Origin: a virus
Taxonomy: Duplodnaviria > Heunggongvirae > Uroviricota > Caudoviricetes
Direction: 5' to 3' (one strand)
IMG/VR virus record: IMGVR_UViG_3300017917_003366
Length of the DNA stretch: 64,000 nt
A program made the position numbers and the translations under genes. Numbering within the stretch: the first letter of the stretch is position 1; the number at the start of each line of letters is the position of its first letter. The notes beneath the pieces are model-generated. The model made no database searches. It had not been told where the DNA came from and saw nothing but the letters and a program-made list of their open reading frames with translations. Below, one piece after another: positions 36,263 to 46,067 of the stretch.

Positions 36263-36823
36263 TCAATACCACCAACCTTTACCACTAAATTCCGCAAAAT
36301 CAAATAATAAATTGATTCTGTCTGTGGTCCCGTAATTATTTACTTCATGTTGACGCATATTATTCAATTCAAACATTTGTCCAATCTCGAAGAATCTACG
36401 TTCATCCTCAACAATGTATTCTACTTTATCCCACTCACAAAATAATGGAACATGAATACGATGTGATAGATTATATGAACCCCCAACATCTTTGTGTGAT
36501 TTAATTGATGAACCTGCCGGTAATCGAACCAAAACCGCTCGAACAACATAACCCCAATTATATTCGTGTTCTAATTTTTTTAATAGGGGGTCAATTAGTT
36601 TTTCAAAATCCAATCTTTCATACAATTCATGTTTGGTACCATTGAAATGTCTGAAGTCATTGTCATAGATTATTGCGAGAGTTTTTGATGCACCATGCAT
36701 TGGATTAGCATCTTGTCTCCAAGTGTATCTATCCCACTCATCGGTAGGGATTTCTGAAACCTTGTCCAACCATGGTTGGATATCAACTTTACCGTAATCT
36801 TTGAAATTTTCTTTTATATTCAT
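36263..36823 (-). CDS. Aspartyl/asparaginyl beta-hydroxylase-family cupin (2OG-Fe(II) oxygenase-like)
   Basis: VRLPAGSSIKSHKDVGGSYNLSHRIHVPL...EDERRFFEIGQMFELNNMRQHEVNNYGTTDRINLLFDF matches the Asp_Arg_Hydrox core (HxD...RxHxPL...H). The track start at 36931 is a GTG; the ATG at 36823 gives an ATGA overlap with the upstream gene. Confidence 0.55.
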   Translation of the reverse strand: MNIKENFKDYGKVDIQPWLDKVSEIPTDEWDRYTWRQDANPMHGASKTLAIIYDNDFRHFNGTKHELYERLDFEKLIDPLLKKLEHEYNWGYVVRAVLVRLPAGSSIKSHKDVGGSYNLSHRIHVPLFCEWDKVEYIVEDERRFFEIGQMFELNNMRQHEVNNYGTTDRINLLFDFAEFSGKGWWY

Positions 36824-37824
36824 ACGATAGTAAATAATGCGTAAGTTAACATTAATGCAATCCAAATAATGAGTGCTTTTAGGTATGTCATAAATCCTGT
36901 GTGGAAATACTTTTGACCTATTGGTAAACACTTATGTGATGGTGAAATTAGATATGCCGAATACTCCAATGTGAAAAACAAAACAAAGTACTTCATACCA
37001 AATGCTGCGGTTAGTAAACTAACAATTCCCGCATACTTAGATGACGAACCCAAGAGGAATGATGCAATAAATCCAATCATCGAAACAAGAATGATATTCT
37101 TTGTTGGGATATAATGTTTTATGAATGTTTCAATGTAATCATAATTGGCATTAACTATGTTTCCAAGAATAATAACAAATGCAACAATCACAAGTAATTC
37201 CCAATTAATATAATCCAATAGTTTATACCATGAATTGGAATAACTGATTAGATAGAACGTGAACACAGTAAATGCCAAGAAGTAGTAAGGAGTGAAACAA
37301 CTTATCAGTATTGTACTTAGGAATGGTAGAACAACCAATGTCATGTTCTTTTTGTTTATCGGTTCATCCTTTACTTCAATATCAATTTCGTCATCGTTAA
37401 GTGACATGATATAAAATGTGATGTACAATGCGGTTATCAATAAAAGTGGCCACACATAAGACATGAATGTCATATATGATAACCCCAAGACCGCCATTGG
37501 GATGATTACAGTTTTTTCAAGGGGTGACCATAGATAATAGTGGTGAGTTGCCAAGTAATCTATGATACCAAACTTCTTTCTCTTCTTATTATCTACAGGT
37601 GCAATACTATTCAACATACTGGCAGATAATGCAACTCTACCGGGTATTGGGAGTACCCCACCAAACAATGATACAAGAAAGACAACGGCTTTCTTTGATT
37701 TGATTTTTTGTGTTAGTAACCTAAATAAATCCGTAAGGTATCCTCTTTCTTTGAGGATACCCGTTACGAACATTATTAAAAGTAAATAAACAAGAAACTC
37801 TTGTCCTTTAATTAAAATCTCCAT
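36820..37824 (-). CDS. Polytopic inner-membrane protein (about 9-10 TM segments), function unknown
   Basis: Hydrophobic helices throughout; translationally coupled to both neighbours. Confidence 0.55.
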   Translation of the reverse strand: MEILIKGQEFLVYLLLIMFVTGILKERGYLTDLFRLLTQKIKSKKAVVFLVSLFGGVLPIPGRVALSASMLNSIAPVDNKKRKKFGIIDYLATHHYYLWSPLEKTVIIPMAVLGLSYMTFMSYVWPLLLITALYITFYIMSLNDDEIDIEVKDEPINKKNMTLVVLPFLSTILISCFTPYYFLAFTVFTFYLISYSNSWYKLLDYINWELLVIVAFVIILGNIVNANYDYIETFIKHYIPTKNIILVSMIGFIASFLLGSSSKYAGIVSLLTAAFGMKYFVLFFTLEYSAYLISPSHKCLPIGQKYFHTGFMTYLKALIIWIALMLTYALFTIV

Positions 37825-38774
37825 GCGAAAATTATTGTGCTACGTGACGCTTTAGATTCTTGTGTGAATCCTGGCATCGTTTCGACGGTTAAATAAGCGT
37901 GACCATTAAAACGGTATTGGATTAGCGGTCCGAAATAAACTTCGTTACTTCCACCACCATAATCATTACGGCGATACATTCCACTTACACCTAATGTCAA
38001 ATCATTATTGATGATATGACCATAAGATGCGGTTGATGCGTACTCGGGTTCTCTATCTTCTTTGGTGTCCGCCAAATTACCTTCATAGATAAGGTTTAAA
38101 CCCCAAATACCTTTATTACCGATTCTGTCACCAAGTAATAACTTTGGTTCGATACCCCATCTACCATCTAACATTTTCATTTCATAGTAGATAGTTGGGT
38201 TGCCCCAAATCTTACCCCAATCGGCAAGTGCGTATCTTAATTCCCATGAGAAGCCCCTCCAACTGAAGGTCTTGTTGCCATTTTCACCATCATAAACGGT
38301 ATGAGAATACAGGTCTAATTGTAATCTCTTTCCTAAACCGAAGGTGAATTCATCCCTCATTCTAATTTGGGCCGGACCGTCCCTGCGGTCACGAATGTCA
38401 AACCATTTCTCATACATGACCGAACCTGGTGGGTTCATCACGTAGACCCTAGTTGAAGGGAACATCCTCATTGTACTCCACAAAGGTTGATTGTATGGAC
38501 CTACCTTTGTTTGGAGGGGATATTTCTTTGCAGTTACAATAACAGTTGCCATTTCCAATGGACCTCTAATGGTATCTTCTACCTTTGTTGTGTCCTTGGT
38601 TCTTGCCTGTTCTGAACCCCTACTTATAGCCGAATTGCTGTATTGTGCATTTACAGATGTTGCACCCATCATAACAAGGAGAAACACTAACTTCCCCGTT
38701 TTGTTCCCAACAAACCCAATGATTGTTGAAACAGCGTTGACCAACCAAAATGATGGTCTTGTTGTTGTTTTCAT
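37812..38774 (-). CDS. Outer-membrane beta-barrel protein candidate (320 aa)
   Basis: Signal-peptide-like segment (LVFLLVMMGATSVNA-QY). Gly/Tyr/Trp-rich alternating strands and C-terminal ...IIFAWRF beta-signal. Confidence 0.5.
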   Translation of the reverse strand: MKTTTRPSFWLVNAVSTIIGFVGNKTGKLVFLLVMMGATSVNAQYSNSAISRGSEQARTKDTTKVEDTIRGPLEMATVIVTAKKYPLQTKVGPYNQPLWSTMRMFPSTRVYVMNPPGSVMYEKWFDIRDRRDGPAQIRMRDEFTFGLGKRLQLDLYSHTVYDGENGNKTFSWRGFSWELRYALADWGKIWGNPTIYYEMKMLDGRWGIEPKLLLGDRIGNKGIWGLNLIYEGNLADTKEDREPEYASTASYGHIINNDLTLGVSGMYRRNDYGGGSNEVYFGPLIQYRFNGHAYLTVETMPGFTQESKASRSTIIFAWRF

Positions 38775-38851
38775 TCTTTTTGTTATTAATGAAATTTATG
38801 TGTCAAAGCACCTTACAATAATAACAAAAAATATTCGAATTATAAAATGTT

Positions 38852-39106
38852 TTACTTTTGAAATCCTAACTTTTCCCAAATAATTTTGAAGGGACAAATT
38901 CCTGTCAACGCGGCAAGTGGTAATAGAATTGGTGGTGCCCAATGTAACCAACTTACATTTTCAAATCCCGCTAAACAGTTAGCTATGAACACAACAATCC
39001 CAATTGAAAGGAAAGTCATTCTACCTGATGGGGACACATCCCCTAAATTACATAGTTTTTTCATATGATATTTCTTAAAATAATTGTTAATGAAATTATT
39101 ATCCAC
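38852..39106 (-). CDS. Small membrane protein (84 aa)
   Basis: Two hydrophobic helices. Confidence 0.35.
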   Translation of the reverse strand: MDNNFINNYFKKYHMKKLCNLGDVSPSGRMTFLSIGIVVFIANCLAGFENVSWLHWAPPILLPLAALTGICPFKIIWEKLGFQK

Positions 39107-39393
39107 AAAGTATTAAAAACAATAAGTGTGGGTAATGATTTTTTCATACTTGACCAAATCAAAAGGGACGATGTTAAAAGGGTGAAAAAGTGTAACCACC
39201 AAATCTCCTTACCGAAGATTAACCCCGGTACGATGATGGCGGCTTTAGCCATCCATGCTGCAAATTCAATTACGTTATAATCAGTCCAATAAGATTTGTA
39301 CTTGTACATTAAAATCTTATCCTTTATTCTACTGTAACCAATGAAGTAGAAAAGTAATCCAATAAAAATTGTGTAGCTAATAATGTTAATCAT
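39061..39393 (-). CDS. Membrane protein (110 aa, 3 TM segments)
   Basis: Hydrophobic helices. Confidence 0.4.
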   Translation of the reverse strand: MINIISYTIFIGLLFYFIGYSRIKDKILMYKYKSYWTDYNVIEFAAWMAKAAIIVPGLIFGKEIWWLHFFTLLTSSLLIWSSMKKSLPTLIVFNTLWIIISLTIILRNII

Positions 39394-39559
39394 CGATTCG
39401 TTTTAATAATTCTTCTTTTATTTCTTCCGCAGGTGTACCCTTATGGAATTGAAATGGTTTATTACATCTACATTTAAATTGTACATAATCGTCAACCAAT
39501 TCTTTATATTTTAATTCTAAAAATTCAATTCGTTCTTTTAACTGATTAATCTCTTCCAT
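39386..39559 (-). CDS. Small coiled-coil/CxC peptide (57 aa) between the halogenase and membrane genes
   Basis: ATG at 39559..39557 and TAA at 39388..39386. MEEINQLKERIEFLELKYKELVDDYVQFKCRCNKPFQFHKGTPAEEIKEELLKRIDD. Not in the track (shorter than 60 aa). Confidence 0.25.
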   Translation of the reverse strand: MEEINQLKERIEFLELKYKELVDDYVQFKCRCNKPFQFHKGTPAEEIKEELLKRIDD

Positions 39560-41081
39560 ATTTCTCCCTTAATTGTTCGTATAAGTTTGGTAATAGTTCG
39601 GTTAACAATTTCGTTTCGTATTTAATTAAATCTATTTTCTTTTCCATGTATGGTAGATAGTTTTCTTTGATTGAAACTCTTGGGGTTCTACCAAATGGAT
39701 TGTTGTAGAAGAATCCGGTTCCCCATAACCATTGGAACCAATTCACCGAACCAAAGATTCTACCTCTGAATAGTTCCTCCGCCGGTCTCACCGCCATAAT
39801 CTGTAACTTCTGCATCAAAGTATCAGGAATGAATGATTTGGTTTTACAATCCCTCCAAAACGGAGTATCATCTCTTTGACATGTTAGATAGTGAGCGTGA
39901 ATGAAATCACGAATGTCAATCATCATATCAATATTATCTCTATTGATTGTGTCGATTGTTTGAGATGTGTAGTTTAATTCATTCTTCTCAAGTTCAGTTG
40001 CCAATGTCGACATGATTCCTTGGAAGGTTGAGATTCCTGTTGATTCCATTGGTTCGGCGAATCCACCGGCCAATCCACATGCAACAACATTCTTAACGGC
40101 AACTCTTTCTCGAGTACCAACTCTCATGTTGATTTTTAACACATCACCTTCATACCCACCATGGAATTCTCTAAACTCTTTTTCCGCTTCTTCATCTGTA
40201 ATGTACTTAGATGAATAAACATAACCCGAACCGATTCTATCATAGATTGGTGTTTTCCATAACCAACCACTATTCATCGTATATAATCTACTGTACGGTT
40301 CCATTTCAGAATGTTTATCCTTATATGGAATTGGTGCAGCAATTGCTTTATCACAGAACAATGATTCCTCAAATGAAATGAATGGTTCACCCATCACCGC
40401 TTCAATTAATGCTCCTTTAAAACCAGAACAATCAATGTAAAGGTCTGCTTTAAATTTCTGTTGGTCCCATAATTTAATATCTTGAATGAAACCGAAGTCG
40501 TCGAGTTTAACTTGTTTCAAATCACCCTCAACAAACTTTACTCCATTAGGGATACAAACTTTCTTCTTGATTACTTCAGCGAATTTGACAGCATCAAAGT
40601 TGTAACTGTAAACGCTTTCAATATCACTATAGGTTGGGATGTAACTTAATTCATCATCAACGGTCGGTGATAGATTCTGAAGTGCTAAAGTTGGGGAAAG
40701 GAACAACTCATTTATTTTATGTGGGTCGTTCTCATGATATTTTAAAAGGTATTGTAGAAGATTTGTTTTCTGATTAATGTACAATGTTTGTTCGTTCTCC
40801 ACCAATACAAAGTGGTCACCTTTTTTTGACCAATTCATAAATCTTCCTCCGTATTTGTAAACTGCGGAAGATTCTTCCATCCAATCTTTTTCTTCCAAAC
40901 CAATAAACTTCATAAAGGAGTGAAGACTTGCGGTTGAACTTTCACCCACCCCAATGGTTCCAATTTTATTGGAATGGATTAATGTGATATCGAGTTTATC
41001 TTTAAATACTTTTGATAGTAATGCCGCGGTCATGATACCCGCGGTACCGCCACCGACGATTAATATTTTTTTAACTTCCAT
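39546..41081 (-). CDS. Flavin-dependent halogenase, tryptophan-halogenase family
   Basis: KILIVGGGTAGIMTAALLSK (GxGxxG FAD site). ITLIHSNKIGTIGVGESST. GWLWKTPIYDRIGSGYVYSSKYITDEEAEKEF (WxWxIP-like motif plus the GYVYSS block). ATG verified. Confidence 0.8.
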   Translation of the reverse strand: MEVKKILIVGGGTAGIMTAALLSKVFKDKLDITLIHSNKIGTIGVGESSTASLHSFMKFIGLEEKDWMEESSAVYKYGGRFMNWSKKGDHFVLVENEQTLYINQKTNLLQYLLKYHENDPHKINELFLSPTLALQNLSPTVDDELSYIPTYSDIESVYSYNFDAVKFAEVIKKKVCIPNGVKFVEGDLKQVKLDDFGFIQDIKLWDQQKFKADLYIDCSGFKGALIEAVMGEPFISFEESLFCDKAIAAPIPYKDKHSEMEPYSRLYTMNSGWLWKTPIYDRIGSGYVYSSKYITDEEAEKEFREFHGGYEGDVLKINMRVGTRERVAVKNVVACGLAGGFAEPMESTGISTFQGIMSTLATELEKNELNYTSQTIDTINRDNIDMMIDIRDFIHAHYLTCQRDDTPFWRDCKTKSFIPDTLMQKLQIMAVRPAEELFRGRIFGSVNWFQWLWGTGFFYNNPFGRTPRVSIKENYLPYMEKKIDLIKYETKLLTELLPNLYEQLREKYGRD

Positions 41082-41090
41082 AAAATTTTT

Positions 41091-41822
41091 TTATCCGTTT
41101 GAAGGTGGAACTGCATCGAAACGTGAGTCACCCGGAATGATTGTTCTTTCTACTGGTAAAACCACATTGATGATATCATCTCCTTCTGCGGTCTTTAACT
41201 GATTAACGTATGTTTCTTCGTCAACAAATAACTGAGTAACTTGAGTATTGTAATTGTCAACTGCGTTGAGTACTAACGGTACTAAATCCGCAACAGTTGT
41301 ATTCTTAACGGTAGCTAACGCAGATAATGTCGGCGTGTCAACAGTGTTGTCGGCAAGATACATTCTTGCTTCATCCTCCTGTAACTTCCAAGTCGCTCTT
41401 TCTTGTGGAGTTTTGTTTGCTGATAAGGTTTCAAATTTGTTTTTAAAATAATTTCTAACCATTCTAATTCTCAACCATCTGATTGCTTCGTATCTGTCGA
41501 TAACTTCAGCATCGGTCATCGGTCTTTTGATTCTAATACCTTTTAATTTATCAAAATCTTCATCAAAGAATTCTTCTTCTTGTCCACTTGAGTAACCCTT
41601 ATACAATTTAGCAGAATCTTTGGTTGCCACATAAAATGCCAAACCATCAATTACTTGTTGTGGACATAATTGAATACTGTACTTATTAAGTGTTGCTAAC
41701 GATATTAAATTAATATCGGGTATTGAAGCAAAGAAGGTATTGTCAGCATATCTTACAATTTCTAATCCGCTTAAATTTGGTTGTGGTTCTCCTTGTGGGA
41801 CATTAAATGCGATGTAATCCAT
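41091..41822 (-). CDS. Hypothetical protein (243 aa)
   Basis: ORF. Confidence 0.45.
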   Translation of the reverse strand: MDYIAFNVPQGEPQPNLSGLEIVRYADNTFFASIPDINLISLATLNKYSIQLCPQQVIDGLAFYVATKDSAKLYKGYSSGQEEEFFDEDFDKLKGIRIKRPMTDAEVIDRYEAIRWLRIRMVRNYFKNKFETLSANKTPQERATWKLQEDEARMYLADNTVDTPTLSALATVKNTTVADLVPLVLNAVDNYNTQVTQLFVDEETYVNQLKTAEGDDIINVVLPVERTIIPGDSRFDAVPPSNG

Positions 41823-42478
41823 TATTGTTGTTGTTTAAAATCAATTTCTTTTATTTGACCTGATTGTAATTGTTCTTGGTCACCTACCATATCTAAATAT
41901 TTTACTTGACCCTTTACTTCGTTCGCAATCTTAGTTGTTTCAACTAAAGCCGCTCTAAAATTTTCAGGTCCCATCTGCATCAATGCTTCAAGGTTACCAA
42001 CCCCAATACGTCCAACGGTTAAAATCTCAAGAGCCGATTGTGTTGCCAATCGTTTAATCCAATAATCATGTTCATGAGCTTCTTGATTACTCATCATTTC
42101 ATTAACATCATATTGTGCTCTGAACTCACTTTCAATCTTTTGTAGATTTTCTATTTCAGATATAATTCTCGTTCTATTTCTTAAAATATTTTCATATGTG
42201 ATATCATTTTTCTTAATATCAAATTCATATAATTTCTTTTGTGCCGGAGACGTTTCACTCTCCATTTTTTCAAATAATAAATCTCTTTCTAATCTATTTT
42301 TTTCAACTTCTAAGTTGATTTGTTCGGCGTTCGTGTAACGAACTTCTAATTCCAATAAAATTTGTTTAAACTGTCGGTATGGATTGTGTTGGGAATTAAC
42401 AACAAAATGTTTGATTTGAAACTCCGACATGGAGAAAACCATATCCTTATACTCTTTTGGTAACAACTCTTCTTTCAT
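41822..42478 (-). CDS. Hypothetical coiled-coil protein (218 aa)
   Basis: ORF with heptad-like segments. Confidence 0.45.
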   Translation of the reverse strand: MKEELLPKEYKDMVFSMSEFQIKHFVVNSQHNPYRQFKQILLELEVRYTNAEQINLEVEKNRLERDLLFEKMESETSPAQKKLYEFDIKKNDITYENILRNRTRIISEIENLQKIESEFRAQYDVNEMMSNQEAHEHDYWIKRLATQSALEILTVGRIGVGNLEALMQMGPENFRAALVETTKIANEVKGQVKYLDMVGDQEQLQSGQIKEIDFKQQQ

Positions 42479-42527
42479 AATATTACTTTTGTACTAAAAT
42501 ATAAATAAAAGTTTTCAAAAAAACAAG

Positions 42528-44114
42528 TTAATAGGAACTCCACATTGGGGAAGCCGAACTAAGTTGTCTTGGTGCATCGGCAATATTAACCACAGTTTCA
42601 ATATTATAGTTAATCTTATCCGTATGAGCGTTTTGTCCTGAATTACAGTTATAACCACCAGCAAAGTACCCCCAATTCATTCCCATAACACCCGATTGTT
42701 CGTTGTTATATAGCGTTTGAGATGCGGTACTACTTAATGTCCATGTTGAGGTAACCATATCGAACTTGAATATTCTGTTACCGTCCGTACTTGTACAGTA
42801 TGACCCTCCCCAGTTACCTGCTAAGAAGAATTTCTCATGTTTACTGTTAACACCTTTCTCAGCACCACCACCGGGTAAACCTAATGAACCGGGACTGTTT
42901 GTTGTTGTAATTACTGCCCACGTATCAGTGGCGTGAGTCATTCTATTTGTTACGGTGTTAGAACCACCGTATGAAGATGCGAATTGGAAACTGTAATCTT
43001 TGTTAAACCAACCAACACCATATTGACCTGAAGGGGAACCACCCGCACTTGACCATGTTTCAGTATTAAATCTTAGAATATCCATGGTTGACCCACCTTT
43101 ACCATGTTCAAATGCTCTTAATCCATATGTCGCAACGGTATTGTAAAGGTCACCTTGGTAACTTGGTAACGATGACGGCATAAATCCAACACCTTCTTGT
43201 GAAGATGACGGTGAACCACCGGCACCATTCGGTCTGTTGGCAATTGCTTGTACAGAATCTGTAGGGAAGTTTACCCTATCATTTGTTACGTCTCCATTCT
43301 GTACATTGTGGAAAACATAACCGTTAACTAGTGAACTTGCCCATCCACCGTACTTAATTGCCTTATTTAAATTATTCGACATTGTGGACCAAGCATCCGT
43401 AGCAAACGCTAGTTTGGTTACCTGATTATAAATTGTTCCACCAATATACCCCCCACCAATAAAACCTCTAATTAAATTAAGTGAGAAACGATATAAATCT
43501 CTATCGAATCCAAATACTTCTCTACCGTTGTGTCTTAAACTTGCGTAGTTATCAACAATTGTTAATGGGTTACCATTTGAACCCGCTTCACCACAAATAA
43601 CACAAACAGCATCTGTTGATGCAATTGTTGTACTTGATGAATTTGTAAAGTTTGTCCATGGGCCGTCCGCACTAATTGTTGAATATTGTAATGTTAATAC
43701 ATTTCCCGAGCGTTGCCATTTTAACCAATACCCCGGTGCAGATGAACCATTACTCTGTATCGGAGCATGATATTGACCGAAGAAGGTTGCGGAATAACCA
43801 TTAGGAAAACCTGAGGTATTCAATGCACCTGCATATGGTCCCGCGCCATCCGCAGAGTAACCATTAAAATCAAAGTGGTGAACGTTTGGTCCATATACAA
43901 ATCCTGCACCGATATAATCGTGTGCCCAATAAGCAACGATTCTAAAATCTTCTCCCGCAGCAAATGTTCTATTATACACCACAGTAGTATAACCACCTGA
44001 TGGGGGTGTAAATGTTTTGTTACCATTTGACAATGTTCCACCTGTGTGATAGGTCGATGCCTTTCTCCATCCGGGACTTCCATCTAATATTTCTATGTTA
44101 CCGTTTACTATCAT
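42528..44114 (-). CDS. Putative receptor-binding/tail-fibre protein, paralog C (528 aa; extra N-terminal domain plus Gly/aromatic repeat domain)
   Basis: N-terminal MIVNGNIEI. Repeat blocks GGGYIGG...ATDAW. C-terminal ...WGYFAGGYN...HTDKINYNIETVVNIADAPRQLSSASPMWS is shared with the two upstream paralogs. Confidence 0.5.
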   Translation of the reverse strand: MIVNGNIEILDGSPGWRKASTYHTGGTLSNGNKTFTPPSGGYTTVVYNRTFAAGEDFRIVAYWAHDYIGAGFVYGPNVHHFDFNGYSADGAGPYAGALNTSGFPNGYSATFFGQYHAPIQSNGSSAPGYWLKWQRSGNVLTLQYSTISADGPWTNFTNSSSTTIASTDAVCVICGEAGSNGNPLTIVDNYASLRHNGREVFGFDRDLYRFSLNLIRGFIGGGYIGGTIYNQVTKLAFATDAWSTMSNNLNKAIKYGGWASSLVNGYVFHNVQNGDVTNDRVNFPTDSVQAIANRPNGAGGSPSSSQEGVGFMPSSLPSYQGDLYNTVATYGLRAFEHGKGGSTMDILRFNTETWSSAGGSPSGQYGVGWFNKDYSFQFASSYGGSNTVTNRMTHATDTWAVITTTNSPGSLGLPGGGAEKGVNSKHEKFFLAGNWGGSYCTSTDGNRIFKFDMVTSTWTLSSTASQTLYNNEQSGVMGMNWGYFAGGYNCNSGQNAHTDKINYNIETVVNIADAPRQLSSASPMWSSY

Positions 44115-45085
44115 GACATGTGACCACTATACATGGGACACCCGGCAGATAATGCTCGAGGTGCATCAAAAACTTTTATTACTGTATCTGTATTATATTC
44201 GACTCTATCTGTGTGTGCATTTTGAACTCCATTGTAACCACCAGCAAAATATCCATGGTTTTGTCCCATAACTACCGGTTGTTCGTCATTATTCAATGTT
44301 TGTTCATATGGATTTGTCATATATGATTCTGTGGTGTGCATGAATTTCATAAATGGTGCAACAATACCACCGGGGTGAACATATGATTTACCGTCTTTTG
44401 TCGGTAACCCTTTACCCCAATATGATAAACTTAATGTGTAGTTTGGTGATGGTGAACGAGTTGACCAAGTTTCATTTGAATAATCATATCTTCTTGTTAC
44501 TCCATCGTTAGCTAATGACCATCCATAATTTTTATCAAACCACGCCTGATTGTAAGATTGGTCACCAGCATAAATGGTACCATCAGAAGCCGCTCTAAAT
44601 GTATCGGTATTGAATGTGAATTTCTCATAGTTTGTTGAGCTGTTTGCTAACGTATAACCTTTACTTCCGAACATTGTACCATTTGGTTCATATCCAACAC
44701 CATGTTGGATTGTACTTGGTATCGAACCGTAGGACCTGTTATCAATGGCGGTCACATTCTCTGTGGCAAATGCCATTTTTTTATTTATCAAACCATAAGA
44801 ACCCCAATCACCCCATAAAATGTAACCATAAATGTGTGAGGAAAAGTGTCCACCATATCTATGAGGAGTAACCAAGTTTGCGTTTGCTGAAGTTCCGTAT
44901 GTGTCGGTTGCATTTTGAATAGTTGTCACAACGGTCCATCCGGCATTACTGATATAACCACCACCAATATAACCTTTGGTTAATGATAAACCTTGTTTAT
45001 AATCGTCGACAATGTACTCAAGGTTGAGTGCCGCACCTTTATAAAGCATAGTTCCCGTATAATCTATTCTACCGTATACTTTCAT
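44111..45085 (-). CDS. Putative receptor-binding/tail-fibre protein, paralog B
   Basis: Starts MKVYGRIDYTG (ATG at 45085; the track's GTG start at 45154 is rejected). Ends NHGYFAGGYN...HTDRVEYNTDTVIKVFDAPRALSAGCPMYS. Confidence 0.5.
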   Translation of the reverse strand: MKVYGRIDYTGTMLYKGAALNLEYIVDDYKQGLSLTKGYIGGGYISNAGWTVVTTIQNATDTYGTSANANLVTPHRYGGHFSSHIYGYILWGDWGSYGLINKKMAFATENVTAIDNRSYGSIPSTIQHGVGYEPNGTMFGSKGYTLANSSTNYEKFTFNTDTFRAASDGTIYAGDQSYNQAWFDKNYGWSLANDGVTRRYDYSNETWSTRSPSPNYTLSLSYWGKGLPTKDGKSYVHPGGIVAPFMKFMHTTESYMTNPYEQTLNNDEQPVVMGQNHGYFAGGYNGVQNAHTDRVEYNTDTVIKVFDAPRALSAGCPMYSGHMS

Positions 45086-45086
45086 A

Positions 45087-46067
45087 TTAAATTGGACTCC
45101 ATATACCTGAAGCAGATGACAATGACCTTGGAGCATCTGCAATGGCAACTGCACTATCGGTATCGTAATAAACTTTATCGCTAAATGCGTTTTGATTTAA
45201 AATAGTTTGGTATCCACCTGCTAAGTAACCATGGTTTTGTCCCATAACTCCTGTGTTCTCACAGTTTGGTATGGACTGACTTCCATAATTCATTGTCCAA
45301 GTAGATATTATATTTCTATATTGACGTAAACTATTATCAATATGTGAACTTACACTTGTAAGGTAAAATTTACCTTTTTTACTGTTTACTCCCTTTTCGA
45401 GGGAATTGCCGGGTAATCCTAAACTACCAGGGGAATTTGTTGTTGGTTGGACTCTCCACGTTTCACTAGCAAATGGATATATTCTTGTTTGGTTCGCACC
45501 TGACTGATAATGATATCCATATTCTCTATCAAACCACCCAACTGAGTGGTCTGCGGTTCCAATATTTGCATCAGTTGTATTTGTGAACGTGTCGGTGGCA
45601 AAGGTTAAAATATCATAACCCGTGGAACCATTACCACAAGTATATGCTTTAGTTCCGAATGGAACACCTGTTGATTCATAACCAACTCCTTGTTGAATTG
45701 TTGATGGTGAACCCCCACAATAACCTCTGTTACCAATTGTGGTCATCACTTCTGTAGCCAAATTTATTTTATCATTTCCACAATACCCATTTTGATTATT
45801 TAGAAAATAATAACCGTGAGTATGGGCAGATGCCCAACCACCATATTTGTTTGGGTAACTTAAAGTACTTGAGCTTGTTCCCCAAGCGTCGGTGGCATAT
45901 TTTAATGTGGTTATTGCTGTCCAAACAGAACTTCCAATATAACCACCACCAATAAGTCCGCGAATTAGAATTAAACCAAGTTCATAATGGTCATCACGCA
46001 AGGTCTTTATGTCACGACCTTGTACTGTAAGATTTCCGGTGAAATTGATGTTACCATTAACTTTCAT
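45087..46067 (-). CDS. Putative receptor-binding/tail-fibre protein, paralog A (326 aa)
   Basis: MKVNGNINFTGNLTV... followed by about 6 blocks with GY..GG / TDxW periodicity. Ends NHGYLAGGY...YDTDSAVAIADAPRSLSSASGIWS. Confidence 0.5.
   Translation of the reverse strand: MKVNGNINFTGNLTVQGRDIKTLRDDHYELGLILIRGLIGGGYIGSSVWTAITTLKYATDAWGTSSSTLSYPNKYGGWASAHTHGYYFLNNQNGYCGNDKINLATEVMTTIGNRGYCGGSPSTIQQGVGYESTGVPFGTKAYTCGNGSTGYDILTFATDTFTNTTDANIGTADHSVGWFDREYGYHYQSGANQTRIYPFASETWRVQPTTNSPGSLGLPGNSLEKGVNSKKGKFYLTSVSSHIDNSLRQYRNIISTWTMNYGSQSIPNCENTGVMGQNHGYLAGGYQTILNQNAFSDKVYYDTDSAVAIADAPRSLSSASGIWSPI

Noticed and set aside
44111-45154. Long N-terminal extensions in the track: GTG at 45154, GTG at 36931, TTG at 7951, TTG at 8323
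   Set aside because: The track uses alternative start codons to maximise ORF length. In each case an in-frame ATG gives a classic ATGA/TAATG overlap or a sensible promoter-leader distance, and paralog alignment (MKVNGNI / MKVYGRI) supports the shorter form.
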